DNA of 64,000 nt from Candidatus Chisholmbacteria bacterium RIFCSPHIGHO2_01_FULL_52_32 (lineage in GTDB: Bacteria > Patescibacteriota > Microgenomatia > UBA1400 > Chisholmbacteraceae): assembly GCA_001816585.1 (NCBI GenBank), contig MHCJ01000003.1:426971-490970 (forward strand). Reading direction: 5' to 3'. Positions 36,797 through 46,160 of the stretch are shown one piece after another (position 1 is the stretch's first letter; every line of letters starts with the position of its first letter). Position numbers and translations under genes: made by a program. A model generated the notes under the pieces. It saw nothing but the letters and a program-made list of their open reading frames with translations, did no database searches and had not been told where the DNA came from.

Positions 36797-36826
36797 ATGA
36801 TTAATGATTAATGGTTAATGATTAAT
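36797..36826. repeat. Heptanucleotide tandem array (ATGATTA) x4, spanning the stop of GT2 36815..37615 and the 5' UTR of GT4 35732..36790
   Basis: atgatta atgatta atggtta atgatta. On the coding strand it reads (TAATCAT)n, giving TAA in all three frames, followed by TCTCTT-ATG. Confidence 0.8.
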
Positions 36827-37615
36827 TTGTCTTGCGTTTTCTTGCGGATGATTGGTCGTATACTTTGCCTCCCAATACTTCATGTAGGCGATCTGCCAAT
36901 GTAAACCGGAGAACAGTGCAAAAATAAATCCGGGAAATCCATCCAGGAAACCTTTGTGCCGAATGTAAATCCGTACAAATGTCACAAGAGGTCTTATGAA
37001 GAAATACTCAAGGAAGTTCCCGCTATTGAGCGCGAGCTTTTTCCTATTCAGCTCCTCGGCTGTGAGCGAGGTATAACGATTGGCGTTGGTCAGGTACCGG
37101 CTGAAGGTTGGGGCTGTGAAGTGTCTCAGATGTCCATTCAATTGCTCCACCCTGCCTTTAACCTCCATCTGCTCATGGACGCTTCTTTGCGGGAGGTAGG
37201 CCTTTCCTTTTCTGAACAACCGGATAACCGGATCGGGGTACTGACCACCTTTATGAAGCCAGGTTCCCAAAAAAAAGTTCTTTCTTTTTATAGCAAAAGC
37301 GGAAAATGGACTCCCTTTTTTGATAACTGAAACAATTTCTTTCGCAAGTTCTTCATCGACTTGTTCGTCCGCATCGAGCTGGAGAATCCAGTCGGATGAG
37401 GCGGCATCGATTGCCATCTGCTTGTTCGTGTGAAACATCGGACGGTTCACCGTTTTTATCACACGTGCTCCGTACCGGCGGGCGATTTGGCGGGTTTTAT
37501 CTTCCGATGAACCATCGACGACAACGATTTCATCGGCAAATGATTTGACGCTTTCAAGACACCTTGGGAGGTTCCCTTCCTCGTTATAGGTCGCGAGGGC
37601 AACGGATAGTTTCAT
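36815..37615 (-). CDS. Glycosyltransferase family 2
   Basis: LSVALATYNEEGNLPRCLESV...IVVVDGSSEDKT...LQLDADE. Confidence 0.8.
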   Translation of the reverse strand: MKLSVALATYNEEGNLPRCLESVKSFADEIVVVDGSSEDKTRQIARRYGARVIKTVNRPMFHTNKQMAIDAASSDWILQLDADEQVDEELAKEIVSVIKKGSPFSAFAIKRKNFFLGTWLHKGGQYPDPVIRLFRKGKAYLPQRSVHEQMEVKGRVEQLNGHLRHFTAPTFSRYLTNANRYTSLTAEELNRKKLALNSGNFLEYFFIRPLVTFVRIYIRHKGFLDGFPGFIFALFSGLHWQIAYMKYWEAKYTTNHPQENARQINH

Positions 37616-39366
37616 GGTTTTGTGGTCTTTCTTCCGACCGGCTTCGTTGTTTTACTTGCCGTAACGAGGCTCCTCTTGGGCAAGATATATGCGAGTGCAT
37701 ATCCCATTCCGATGAGGGAAAGGATAAATCCGACTTTCCGCACCGGTGTTTCGGTGAATCGTGCCTCGATAAAGTGTTTCCCCGGAGGAACATTCACGCT
37801 CAAGAGACCACTGTGATCAGTAAAGGGAGATTCTTTCGTCTCGGTCTGAACGTCCTGCGTAATTTCAAGGCCTTTACCAATCTCGAGTGGCTTGCCGTCG
37901 AGAAAAACCGTCCACCCCGGAAAATACAACCGGTGGATATCAAGTATTCCCTGATCCGTTGCTTCAACGAGGAAGCTCAGGGAGGTCGTTTTCCCGTCTA
38001 TGAGTTTCACCTTCAGTTCTCCCCTTCTTATTCTGAAATCCTTTTCCAGGTGTTGCCATCTGTTCGTCTGACGCCATTTCGAGAGGAACTCATTTCTCCA
38101 GGTTGCCGTGTCCTGGTAACTTAGGAAGAAGGCATCATTTCTCACCATCGTTTGGTTGATACGTACGTGGTTACGGTTGGCGTAGAAAACGAAGAACAGG
38201 AGTACCGCGCTGAGTATCACTTTTCTTCCTGCTGAGGCAACGAGATATGCGGCGAGAAGACTTGTTCCGAATACCGTAACTCCAAGGAGGCGCCAGGGAA
38301 AGTCAATGATATCGAGGAACGGTAAATGTTTCCATAACCAATGCACTGCGGGGAGTTCGAGGATGAAGCCGACTGAAAGGGCTGTGATCGCCAAACTCAA
38401 TGATCCCATAGCAAACAGGGGGAATCTCACGGCAGCCTTTTTTGTCCTGAAGAGGAACAGTCCCAGCGAGATGGTGGCTAAAGCGGCCACCAACAGGTGG
38501 GTCAATCCGACTTGGAATGACATGTCATCGTTTGTACCCGGCATGGAGAAGCCATAACTCCATGGTGAATGGATGAGTTGTCCGACAGTCACAAAGTGAT
38601 CGTTGTAATAGTCGATAAGTTCATCAAACCTTAGGTATTTCAGTTCGAAAAGCGAGGGGGCGTAGATAAACGCACCTATCATCACCCCAAGAAGAGCCAT
38701 ACCTGTAGCCTTAAGAACTGCAGTTCTTTTGTGTTCCGCTTTGACCAACCAGAGCAGAAAAAAGCCCAAAAAAATCGGAAGGAAAATGAACGCCACAACC
38801 TGATGCGACAACAGGAGTCCTGCAAGGGAGAGGCTGCCGATCCCCACCCAACGGTGGTTTTGGGTGGCTGCGATGTTGTAGAGCGATAAAAGCACCAACG
38901 GTACGAAGATGTAGGCAAAACTTTCGGCTATCGCTCCCCGGACATAGATTTGGGAAAAGCGGTATGGGGCCCAAGTGTAAAACAGGGCTGCGATAAATCC
39001 CGGAAATTCCCCGAAGACTTTCCTTGCAAAAAGGAACATCGTTATTGCGGAGAGGAGGAAGCTTGACCCGATCACGATCTCAAAAGCGTCCGTAAACGAA
39101 AACCCCAGCGAGTGGAACATCGCTCCCAGAAGGTACGGAAGCGGATAAATGAACAGAAAAATGGGAAAGCCTAAGTTTCCGAACAGGGTTGGGGCAAGGC
39201 GCGGAGGGATCTGACCTTCTTTGAGTGCGAGATAGTAGTTGGCGATACGCGCGGTGTGGGTTTCCCCATCATGGCTGGTGTAGAACTCGGGAATCATGAG
39301 GGCGCGAAGGGCGGGGTATGAGGCGACAAAAAGAAGAACAATAAAGACCAACATCCGCTTCTTCAT
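37612..39366 (-). CDS. Large polytopic membrane protein with C-terminal extracytoplasmic domain; putative GT-C (YfhO-like?)
   Basis: 584 aa. First-loop motif YTSHDGETHTARIANYYLALKEGQIPP, about 12 N-terminal TM helices, a C-terminal beta-rich domain and a final TM helix. Confidence 0.4.
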   Translation of the reverse strand: MKKRMLVFIVLLFVASYPALRALMIPEFYTSHDGETHTARIANYYLALKEGQIPPRLAPTLFGNLGFPIFLFIYPLPYLLGAMFHSLGFSFTDAFEIVIGSSFLLSAITMFLFARKVFGEFPGFIAALFYTWAPYRFSQIYVRGAIAESFAYIFVPLVLLSLYNIAATQNHRWVGIGSLSLAGLLLSHQVVAFIFLPIFLGFFLLWLVKAEHKRTAVLKATGMALLGVMIGAFIYAPSLFELKYLRFDELIDYYNDHFVTVGQLIHSPWSYGFSMPGTNDDMSFQVGLTHLLVAALATISLGLFLFRTKKAAVRFPLFAMGSLSLAITALSVGFILELPAVHWLWKHLPFLDIIDFPWRLLGVTVFGTSLLAAYLVASAGRKVILSAVLLFFVFYANRNHVRINQTMVRNDAFFLSYQDTATWRNEFLSKWRQTNRWQHLEKDFRIRRGELKVKLIDGKTTSLSFLVEATDQGILDIHRLYFPGWTVFLDGKPLEIGKGLEITQDVQTETKESPFTDHSGLLSVNVPPGKHFIEARFTETPVRKVGFILSLIGMGYALAYILPKRSLVTASKTTKPVGRKTTKP

Positions 39367-39395
39367 AACAGTACGGGATACGGTCTCCCTTCTCG

Positions 39396-40148
39396 TTAGA
39401 CGGGTTTAAATAGCCTACTTTTCGTGATCCCGTATTTATGGAGGAGATATTGCCCGAGGACCATGAAGCTTTCCGAGAGAAATTTCGCTCCTGCAAGAAG
39501 CCCGATCGATGAGGATTCCTCATAATAACGGACCGGAATCGGCGCTTCTCCGATGTTCAATCCGTATGAGATTGCAGAAACCGTGAATTGCTGGTCGAAG
39601 ATGAAATCGTTTGAGAATCGCTGGAATGGCACTGTCTTGAGGGTTTTTCGGCTATACGCCCGCATTCCGCTCATGTGCTCTGAGAAATTAACACCGAGGA
39701 TAATATTCGCGATAAGTGAATAGAGGCGGTTAAAAACGTACTTCAATTGCGGCATCCCGCCGGCCAAGGCCTCCGTTCTCGTCCGTATACGAGAGCCGAA
39801 CATGTAATCGTAGCGCTTCTGAATGATCGGTCGGACCAGTTCCGGAATGAGACTGGCGTCGTACTGGTAATCGGGATGGATCATGACTACGATATCCGGG
39901 TTTCTCTTGAGCGCCTCCCAGTAGCAGGTTTTTTGATTGCCGCCGTATCCGAGATTATTCGGATGGACAAATGTTGTGATTCCCAATTTTTTTGAAAGCT
40001 CGACGGTTTTATCTCTTGAGACATCGTCGACCAAGATGATCTCACTGACCCAATCTTTCGGGATGTCGTCGTAGGTCTTCTTTAACGTCTTTTCGGCGTT
40101 ATACGCCGGCATGACGACGATGATGGTTGGCTTGGAAACTTTGTTCAT
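39396..40148 (-). CDS. Polyprenyl-phosphate sugar synthase, GT2 (DPM1-like)
   Basis: IIVVMPAYNAEKTL...ILVDDVSRDKT...MIHPDYQYD. Confidence 0.7.
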   Translation of the reverse strand: MNKVSKPTIIVVMPAYNAEKTLKKTYDDIPKDWVSEIILVDDVSRDKTVELSKKLGITTFVHPNNLGYGGNQKTCYWEALKRNPDIVVMIHPDYQYDASLIPELVRPIIQKRYDYMFGSRIRTRTEALAGGMPQLKYVFNRLYSLIANIILGVNFSEHMSGMRAYSRKTLKTVPFQRFSNDFIFDQQFTVSAISYGLNIGEAPIPVRYYEESSSIGLLAGAKFLSESFMVLGQYLLHKYGITKSRLFKPV

Positions 40149-41776
40149 GTTCTTGTCAGCACAAAGGCGGTCTGGCCGTTCCGAAACTTTACCGTGTCAA
40201 GTACCGTGGCATCAGATGGGATTTCGTCCGGTGCTCCGATGATGAGCGTTCTCGGCAGTTGGCTATCCTTGGCATATTCTACCTTACGGAAGCGGTATTT
40301 TCCAAATCCCGCGGCTCCGCTTTCTGCAACCGATTGATAGTAGCTCGGATCGGTCTTGTCATAGAAAAGAAAAAAGATATAGGGTTGATCGTACCTCTGG
40401 GTCACAATTACCGTCTCCGCGTCGTCCCCAAGGCTGGTGACTATCTCGACCATCTCTTTGTACCCATACTGCCAGTCATGCGAGCGTTCGATGGGGGTGT
40501 GAATGTAATAGAGGTTCAGGTAGTAGACAAAATTAATACATACCAATAAACCAATAAATACCGATACATACCGATTTTTCTTGAGAATTCTCAATGCATG
40601 AATTATTCCGTAGGCGGTGATGATTTGAAGCACCGGGAGCATAAGCAGAGCCCGAACTGCGTGGGGAGCTTGGGTCGTAAGCGCAGAAGCAAGCGGAGCC
40701 ACCGCAAGCCAGGGAAAAATGAGTTTCATACCCGACCACTTATCTTTAATCATCGTATACAGCCCATACAGTAAAAATGGGAATTCCCATAGATACAAAA
40801 GCCCCATTCCCACCGCGCTATGCCTGCCGATCCCGTCACCACGCAAAAATAGGAAATCGAAGTTGAAATGCTTAAGGTATCCTTCGACGATGATCGTGGT
40901 AAAGACCAACGAACGCTGATGGAAAGGAGCAAAGATTGAGCCTCGGTCGCTGTCCTCTGTCCGATACTCTGCTTGGCGCTCGAGACGTTCCTGTTCCTGC
41001 GTATAGATTCCGGGGTTGGTGAAGACGCTTACAACGCTAAATCGTGCTTGGGCTGAGCCACGGATGAAGGTGAGGGCTATCGGTACCATCAGAAAAAGAC
41101 CCACGATAAACCCAAGGCCAATCTCCTTCCATCTTTGAACCAGCAGTTTTCTGAAAATCAGTGCCATAAGAAGAATGAATGCCGGAACGACCGCTCTCGC
41201 TGAGTGATAGGTGTACATCGTCGAGGCAAATGCAATGCTTGAACCAAACAGGAAGACGGCCTTGGCTGAACGGAGCCATTTGAGAAAGAGATACATCGCG
41301 AGGGTGAAAAAGAAGAGCGCGAGATTGGCTTCAAACGCCACGCGAGAAAATTGGAGGTGCCAGGGCGAAATCGCAAGGAGCAGCGCCGCCAGGGCGGCGA
41401 TTGCTATATTGTTAAATTGTTTTATTGTTTTATTGATCGTGAATAATTCTTTGACGAGGAAGTAGGTCACTAAAACTGTGAGGATGCCGGCAAGAGCGGA
41501 AGGAAAGCGAACGGCAAATTCTGTCAGGCCGAAGACCGCAATCGAAGAGACAGCAGCGTACGTATAGAGCGGCGGCTTGTAGTCGTTGAAGGAACGGATC
41601 GCAATGGGAAAGCTATTTCCGTATTCGTCTTTTCCGGTTTTCAAAATGGAGTAGGCGTTATAGCCTATCGACGCCTCATCCCAATCGAGGCTGGGGGGGT
41701 TTTGTCCGAGCTGGTATAACCGTAAAGCAGCCGCGACAAGAAGGATCGTCAGGAGCACTGCCGTTTTTCTCTTCAT
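40145..41776 (-). CDS. GT-C glycosyltransferase, ArnT/PMT-like (GT39-type), paralog A
   Basis: LDWDEASIGYNAYSIL DE-loop, FAVRFPSALAG, LLLAISPWHLQFSR. A C7 tract encodes the NPP near the 5' end. Confidence 0.65.
   Translation of the reverse strand: MKRKTAVLLTILLVAAALRLYQLGQNPPSLDWDEASIGYNAYSILKTGKDEYGNSFPIAIRSFNDYKPPLYTYAAVSSIAVFGLTEFAVRFPSALAGILTVLVTYFLVKELFTINKTIKQFNNIAIAALAALLLAISPWHLQFSRVAFEANLALFFFTLAMYLFLKWLRSAKAVFLFGSSIAFASTMYTYHSARAVVPAFILLMALIFRKLLVQRWKEIGLGFIVGLFLMVPIALTFIRGSAQARFSVVSVFTNPGIYTQEQERLERQAEYRTEDSDRGSIFAPFHQRSLVFTTIIVEGYLKHFNFDFLFLRGDGIGRHSAVGMGLLYLWEFPFLLYGLYTMIKDKWSGMKLIFPWLAVAPLASALTTQAPHAVRALLMLPVLQIITAYGIIHALRILKKNRYVSVFIGLLVCINFVYYLNLYYIHTPIERSHDWQYGYKEMVEIVTSLGDDAETVIVTQRYDQPYIFFLFYDKTDPSYYQSVAESGAAGFGKYRFRKVEYAKDSQLPRTLIIGAPDEIPSDATVLDTVKFRNGQTAFVLTRT
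41364..41470. repeat. 107-nt segment about 98% identical to 47373..47479 (inter-paralog gene-conversion tract), copy 1
   Basis: My manual alignment shows 2 mismatches in 107 nt. The flanks drop to about 80-85% identity. Confidence 0.8.
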
Positions 41777-43323
41777 CGTGGGTTGGAAAGCGGGTACACC
41801 CGAAACAAATACATGAAGCGGTTGCTCTTCCCTTTCTGATATTTCTTTATTAATTCGATATTCTCTTGGGGAGGAATTTGCTCGGGATACGATTCGTAAT
41901 ACACGAAGTAGGCGGGCTTTTTGGCAGCCATCGCACTCACCTCCTGAGGCACTTCCGTTACCGGCCAGAAGCCATGAATTTCAATATTGGGATTGTCCCA
42001 AAGGTAGAGTTCGAAGCTATAGGGCATGAGGCCAAATGTCCCCTGGGTTCCAAGAAAAATCTGCTTGTCTTTGGCTTCTTGTTTCAAGAATGCGATCACA
42101 TCGTCGATCCCCCACCCGGCGGGGAAACCATCAACGTATTGATCGCGGTCGGCCTGAATAATCGGCGCGTTCACCGGATCCGTGAGAACTTTTATGTCCA
42201 GAACCACCGCTGCTATCGTAAGAAAGAGGGCAAAGATCAGTTTTGGCTCGTTCCGTTTGACCGCAGAGAGGATTCGGTCCGTCGCAAGCGATGCTGCTAT
42301 GAGGAGGGGCGGGGTGATAAAGAGCAGATACCGCGCAAAAATCACCTTTCCGAAGGCTGCGGCAACAAGAAAAGGAAGCATTGCATGGATCAAAAGGAAG
42401 ACTAACCCTCTGGCATATTTGCGCAAGGAAAACGGATAGGTTTCGGGCAAGAGGACAAGACAAAAGCCCACGATTGCCGTTGTCATGACCGGCCAGGTCA
42501 ACCAGCCGACCCACCAGCGCCAAAGGCTCGGGAGGTTCCCCCAAAACCATCTCGTAGGATGTCCGAAAAATTCTCCGATGGTCGTGACGAACTCCAGGTT
42601 TTTTCGTCCGATCATGTGCATCCAGGGAGAGAGACGCATGATGTTTCGCATCGCTTCGGCTATGGCAAATGTTGGAACTGTAAGGAGGGCCCAGCGGACG
42701 ATATTTCTTTTTTCTCTTCCGGCAAAGAGGAGATTCAGCGGATAGAGATACTGAAAAAAAGCAGCCGGTGACTTTGTGAGAAGGCCTGCTCCCATGGCGA
42801 AACCGGTAAGCATTGCGTTGTCGAGCTTAAGGCTCTTTGCCGTTTTTACACCAAAATACAGCGTCCAGATTCCCCACATGGAGAGCATGGAATCGACCAA
42901 CGCAATCCGATCGTAAAATAGGGTGAATGGCGTGAGGAGGTAGAGGGCACTCGCCGTGAAGGCTGCGTTCTTGTTTTGAAAAAGCTCTTTTGTCAGAAAC
43001 CAGATCCCGACCGCTGCACCAAGACCGGACAGCGCGGAAACGGCCCTTCCGGCGATAAGCGGATCAGAAATAATCTTCATCGCAGCTATGGTAAACCAGT
43101 GCCAGAGCGGTTGTTTTCCGTCGGTCAACGGGATAAATCGGAGGGAGGCATCATGCAGGGCAATTTGACTCCAACGCGTATAGATGGCTTCGTCCGTGAA
43201 GATCGGCCATAACCGAAGATTCGTCAGCCTGGTTGTTAAATAAACTATCATCAGACCAGCCAGAATCCTGATTTCTCTGAGTGATACCAGGAACGGTCTT
43301 TTGATTTTTTGCGGTGTTTTCAT
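41773..43323 (-). CDS. GT-C glycosyltransferase, ArnT/PMT-like, divergent paralog
   Basis: IFTDEAIYTRW DE-loop; multi-TM. Confidence 0.55.
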   Translation of the reverse strand: MKTPQKIKRPFLVSLREIRILAGLMIVYLTTRLTNLRLWPIFTDEAIYTRWSQIALHDASLRFIPLTDGKQPLWHWFTIAAMKIISDPLIAGRAVSALSGLGAAVGIWFLTKELFQNKNAAFTASALYLLTPFTLFYDRIALVDSMLSMWGIWTLYFGVKTAKSLKLDNAMLTGFAMGAGLLTKSPAAFFQYLYPLNLLFAGREKRNIVRWALLTVPTFAIAEAMRNIMRLSPWMHMIGRKNLEFVTTIGEFFGHPTRWFWGNLPSLWRWWVGWLTWPVMTTAIVGFCLVLLPETYPFSLRKYARGLVFLLIHAMLPFLVAAAFGKVIFARYLLFITPPLLIAASLATDRILSAVKRNEPKLIFALFLTIAAVVLDIKVLTDPVNAPIIQADRDQYVDGFPAGWGIDDVIAFLKQEAKDKQIFLGTQGTFGLMPYSFELYLWDNPNIEIHGFWPVTEVPQEVSAMAAKKPAYFVYYESYPEQIPPQENIELIKKYQKGKSNRFMYLFRVYPLSNPR

Positions 43324-43363
43324 GGTTTAGGTTTCTGTTCCTCTATGAGGGCAAAATAACTTT

Positions 43364-44806
43364 TTACTGCCTTTCAGTATACCATCTCTGAGGGATCACC
43401 CCGAGAATAAGCGGCGGGAGAGCGATCGTTGCGAGCATCGCGATTTGCCAAAAGAAGTTCAGGGGGTAGAGATAGAAGGAGGCGAAGAGAACCGCATAAT
43501 AGAGAAGGCTCGTATAGGAAGACAAGAGAACAACCGCCTGGAGACGACCTCTCGGAAGAATGGCAGCAAACGGCAGTATCCAGGCAAGATACCATGGTTG
43601 AAGCATCGGGGAAACCAGTACGAGATAGAGAAGTATGATGACAACCATTCCTGCGATGACCCCCGTCCTTCGGATACGGCTTAGGGCGCCGGTCAACAGC
43701 AGAAGGAATGGGGGAATGGTCACCAACTTCTCTGCCCATACCGCTTGTCCCTTCTCAAATCCCATTTTAAGAAACATAAATCGTACAGCGGTGGGGAACG
43801 AGCGGAGGTAGAGTTCGAGTTGAACGCCGAGATTTCCGATGAAACCCCTCAGACCCTCCCCCAGGCTTAAGAACCCCCCGAGTGTCATAAGCGAAAACCA
43901 GGAGAGGAATCTTACAGCATCTCTTCGCTTCCCTTGCAGGAAAAGCCACCACCCAAAAATCGGCACAAAAAGGATCGCGACAACCTTGGCAAGAACCGCA
44001 AGGGCAAGGGCAGCCGCAGCGATCATCAGCCGTCCTTCGAAAAACCAATAGAATCCCAACAGCGAGAAAAACGCCATCACCATATCGTTATGGGCATTTC
44101 CGACAATCTCTATATGGATAAGTGGATTCCAGGCAAAGAGGGCAAGACCGTAGAGGAAGTTGTCCGGACTGTATTTTTGAAACCACTTTTTTAAAAGCAC
44201 GATTGTGGCCAATGTAAAAATCCCTCCCATGAACTTGAAACCAATTACATTCATGAGGAGGTCATCTTTTGCGAACACGTGGATCAATGAAGATGTGAGA
44301 AACTGCACCGGCCCGTACACCGAGGCACGAAACTTCCAGGATCCTAAATAGATAAACGGATCTTGGGGGAAGTTTTGCGGGGGCTCGATCCAGGGGTTTG
44401 CGTGGTGGACAAAAAGAACCCTGTTTGAAGCGATGTAATCAAAGACATCGGTTGAGAGCGCCGGAAACGAAAGAAATGTTGTTATTAGGAATGCGGCCGC
44501 ATATCGAAGAACAATCTTTGATGACGTCGATTGTCCTGATGATTGGTTCCGCAATAACCGCAGCGCTTTGGCGTACACCACGAACATCGCCGTAACCGTG
44601 AGGAAATATAGCAAGGTTGGGATGCTGTTGACGTGAAGCAATTTTGCCAGTTCTCTCCCCTTCTCCAGGAAACCGGGGGAGTCGGTCAGGAACGCGATGC
44701 GCTCGAGCAAAAAATCATCGCGCAGGAAGATGAGGTAGCTTACAACAGCGTATACCGCATAGAGAACTGCCAGAGTGATTCCGTATCGCTTAAGTTCTTT
44801 TCCCAT
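43364..44806 (-). CDS. Polytopic membrane protein, DUF2029/PimE(GT87)-like putative GT-C mannosyltransferase
   Basis: LSTDVFDYIASNRVLFVHHANPW loop; paralogous to the downstream gene. I chose the internal ATG (MGKELKRYGITLAV) at 44806 because the track start at 44890 would overlap its neighbour by 101 nt. Confidence 0.45.
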   Translation of the reverse strand: MGKELKRYGITLAVLYAVYAVVSYLIFLRDDFLLERIAFLTDSPGFLEKGRELAKLLHVNSIPTLLYFLTVTAMFVVYAKALRLLRNQSSGQSTSSKIVLRYAAAFLITTFLSFPALSTDVFDYIASNRVLFVHHANPWIEPPQNFPQDPFIYLGSWKFRASVYGPVQFLTSSLIHVFAKDDLLMNVIGFKFMGGIFTLATIVLLKKWFQKYSPDNFLYGLALFAWNPLIHIEIVGNAHNDMVMAFFSLLGFYWFFEGRLMIAAAALALAVLAKVVAILFVPIFGWWLFLQGKRRDAVRFLSWFSLMTLGGFLSLGEGLRGFIGNLGVQLELYLRSFPTAVRFMFLKMGFEKGQAVWAEKLVTIPPFLLLLTGALSRIRRTGVIAGMVVIILLYLVLVSPMLQPWYLAWILPFAAILPRGRLQAVVLLSSYTSLLYYAVLFASFYLYPLNFFWQIAMLATIALPPLILGVIPQRWYTERQ

Positions 44807-46160
44807 CGTTTGTGAACAGATACACCCCAATCGGAGGCACAACGAGAAATGCGTAGATTGCAAGTGTCCAGAGCGGATTTGTATAGTCAAAGCGATGGGA
44901 AGTAAAGAGGATGGCGTACTGGAGGCTTGAGGTCGCCGAGAAGGTAAGCGCGGCCTTCGTGAGCTTTGTTATCGGAAGCAAACTTAGGAAAGGGAGATAC
45001 CATATCGGATACCATGCCCAATAGAGCGTGACGACGAACATAAGGTATACCAGGGTCAACTTCACGTAGGCTGCCACAAGTTCCTTTTCGCTACCGATGG
45101 TTCGGACCGTGAACAAGGCAAAGAGCACAAACGGCAACGTAAAGATCCAATCCGGAATCATATTCAGAAGATTTGGTAAAGAATTCAACTTCAGTGTTGC
45201 TACCCACCCGAAGAGTTGCAGTTGATTGATGATGGATTCTTTTCCCATGAACCAACCGCCTGCAACCATCACTACCATAAACCCTAAAAGAAGCGATGCA
45301 GTCTTTCCAAGATCGGTTGTTTTTTTCAAGTTCAAAAAGATGTAGAACGGGAGGAGGACAACGGCGTAGAGTTTCACCAATGTCCCTAAAGCGATAAACA
45401 TCCCGGAGAGCAAGAAACGCTGTTTCCTTAGGGCAAGGAGACTTACAAGCATAAACGTCACCATGATGATATCGTTATGGGCGTTTCCCGCCGTTTCGAT
45501 GAGAAGCAAGGGGTTCAGTGCGAATAGCGCAAGCGCTCTGGTTTTGTTTCTTTCTCCAAGAAGTCTCATGACCGTGTAACACCCAAGAACCGTAAAGGCA
45601 ATCATCAGCAATTTAAATCCGAGGAGCGAAGCCGCAAGATTGTTCAATCCGAGGATGGCCGGAATTATCGTGAGCAGATGATGTACCGGACCATAGACGC
45701 TGGTTATTCTTGGCCAGCTCGCGAGGTTAATGAACGGATCGCCCGGAAAGTCAATTGCAGGCACGGTCCATGGGTTCTTGCCATAAACAAAGGGAATTCT
45801 CGTGTTGAGAATGTAGTCGAACACGTCCGATGAGAGTACCGGATAGGAAAAGAGTACGATCCCTTGAAAGGCAAGCGACCAGAGAAGGATGTTTCTCGGC
45901 CTCTGGATTGTTACCCATTGACCTCTTAGGATCTTTACGTAGCAAAAGAATGCCGAGAGTAAAATAGCGAATAAGAGTACCGTTGGAATCGTATTCAGAT
46001 GAAAAGGCAACGCTTGCTCACGGAATTGAACCAGGGTTTGCCCGACCGAAGGGTAAAACTGAGCGATTGCATCGAGGGCCCAGTCGTTTCGAAGGAGCAG
46101 AATATAGCTTAGGAAGGTATAAGCAAGGAAGCTTAGTCCTAAAAGCACAAGGTACTTCAT
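44790..46160 (-). CDS. Polytopic membrane protein, DUF2029/PimE(GT87)-like putative GT-C mannosyltransferase (paralog)
   Basis: LSSDVFDYILNTRIPFVYGKNPW; collinear with the 43364..44806 protein. Confidence 0.45.
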   Translation of the reverse strand: MKYLVLLGLSFLAYTFLSYILLLRNDWALDAIAQFYPSVGQTLVQFREQALPFHLNTIPTVLLFAILLSAFFCYVKILRGQWVTIQRPRNILLWSLAFQGIVLFSYPVLSSDVFDYILNTRIPFVYGKNPWTVPAIDFPGDPFINLASWPRITSVYGPVHHLLTIIPAILGLNNLAASLLGFKLLMIAFTVLGCYTVMRLLGERNKTRALALFALNPLLLIETAGNAHNDIIMVTFMLVSLLALRKQRFLLSGMFIALGTLVKLYAVVLLPFYIFLNLKKTTDLGKTASLLLGFMVVMVAGGWFMGKESIINQLQLFGWVATLKLNSLPNLLNMIPDWIFTLPFVLFALFTVRTIGSEKELVAAYVKLTLVYLMFVVTLYWAWYPIWYLPFLSLLPITKLTKAALTFSATSSLQYAILFTSHRFDYTNPLWTLAIYAFLVVPPIGVYLFTNDGKRT

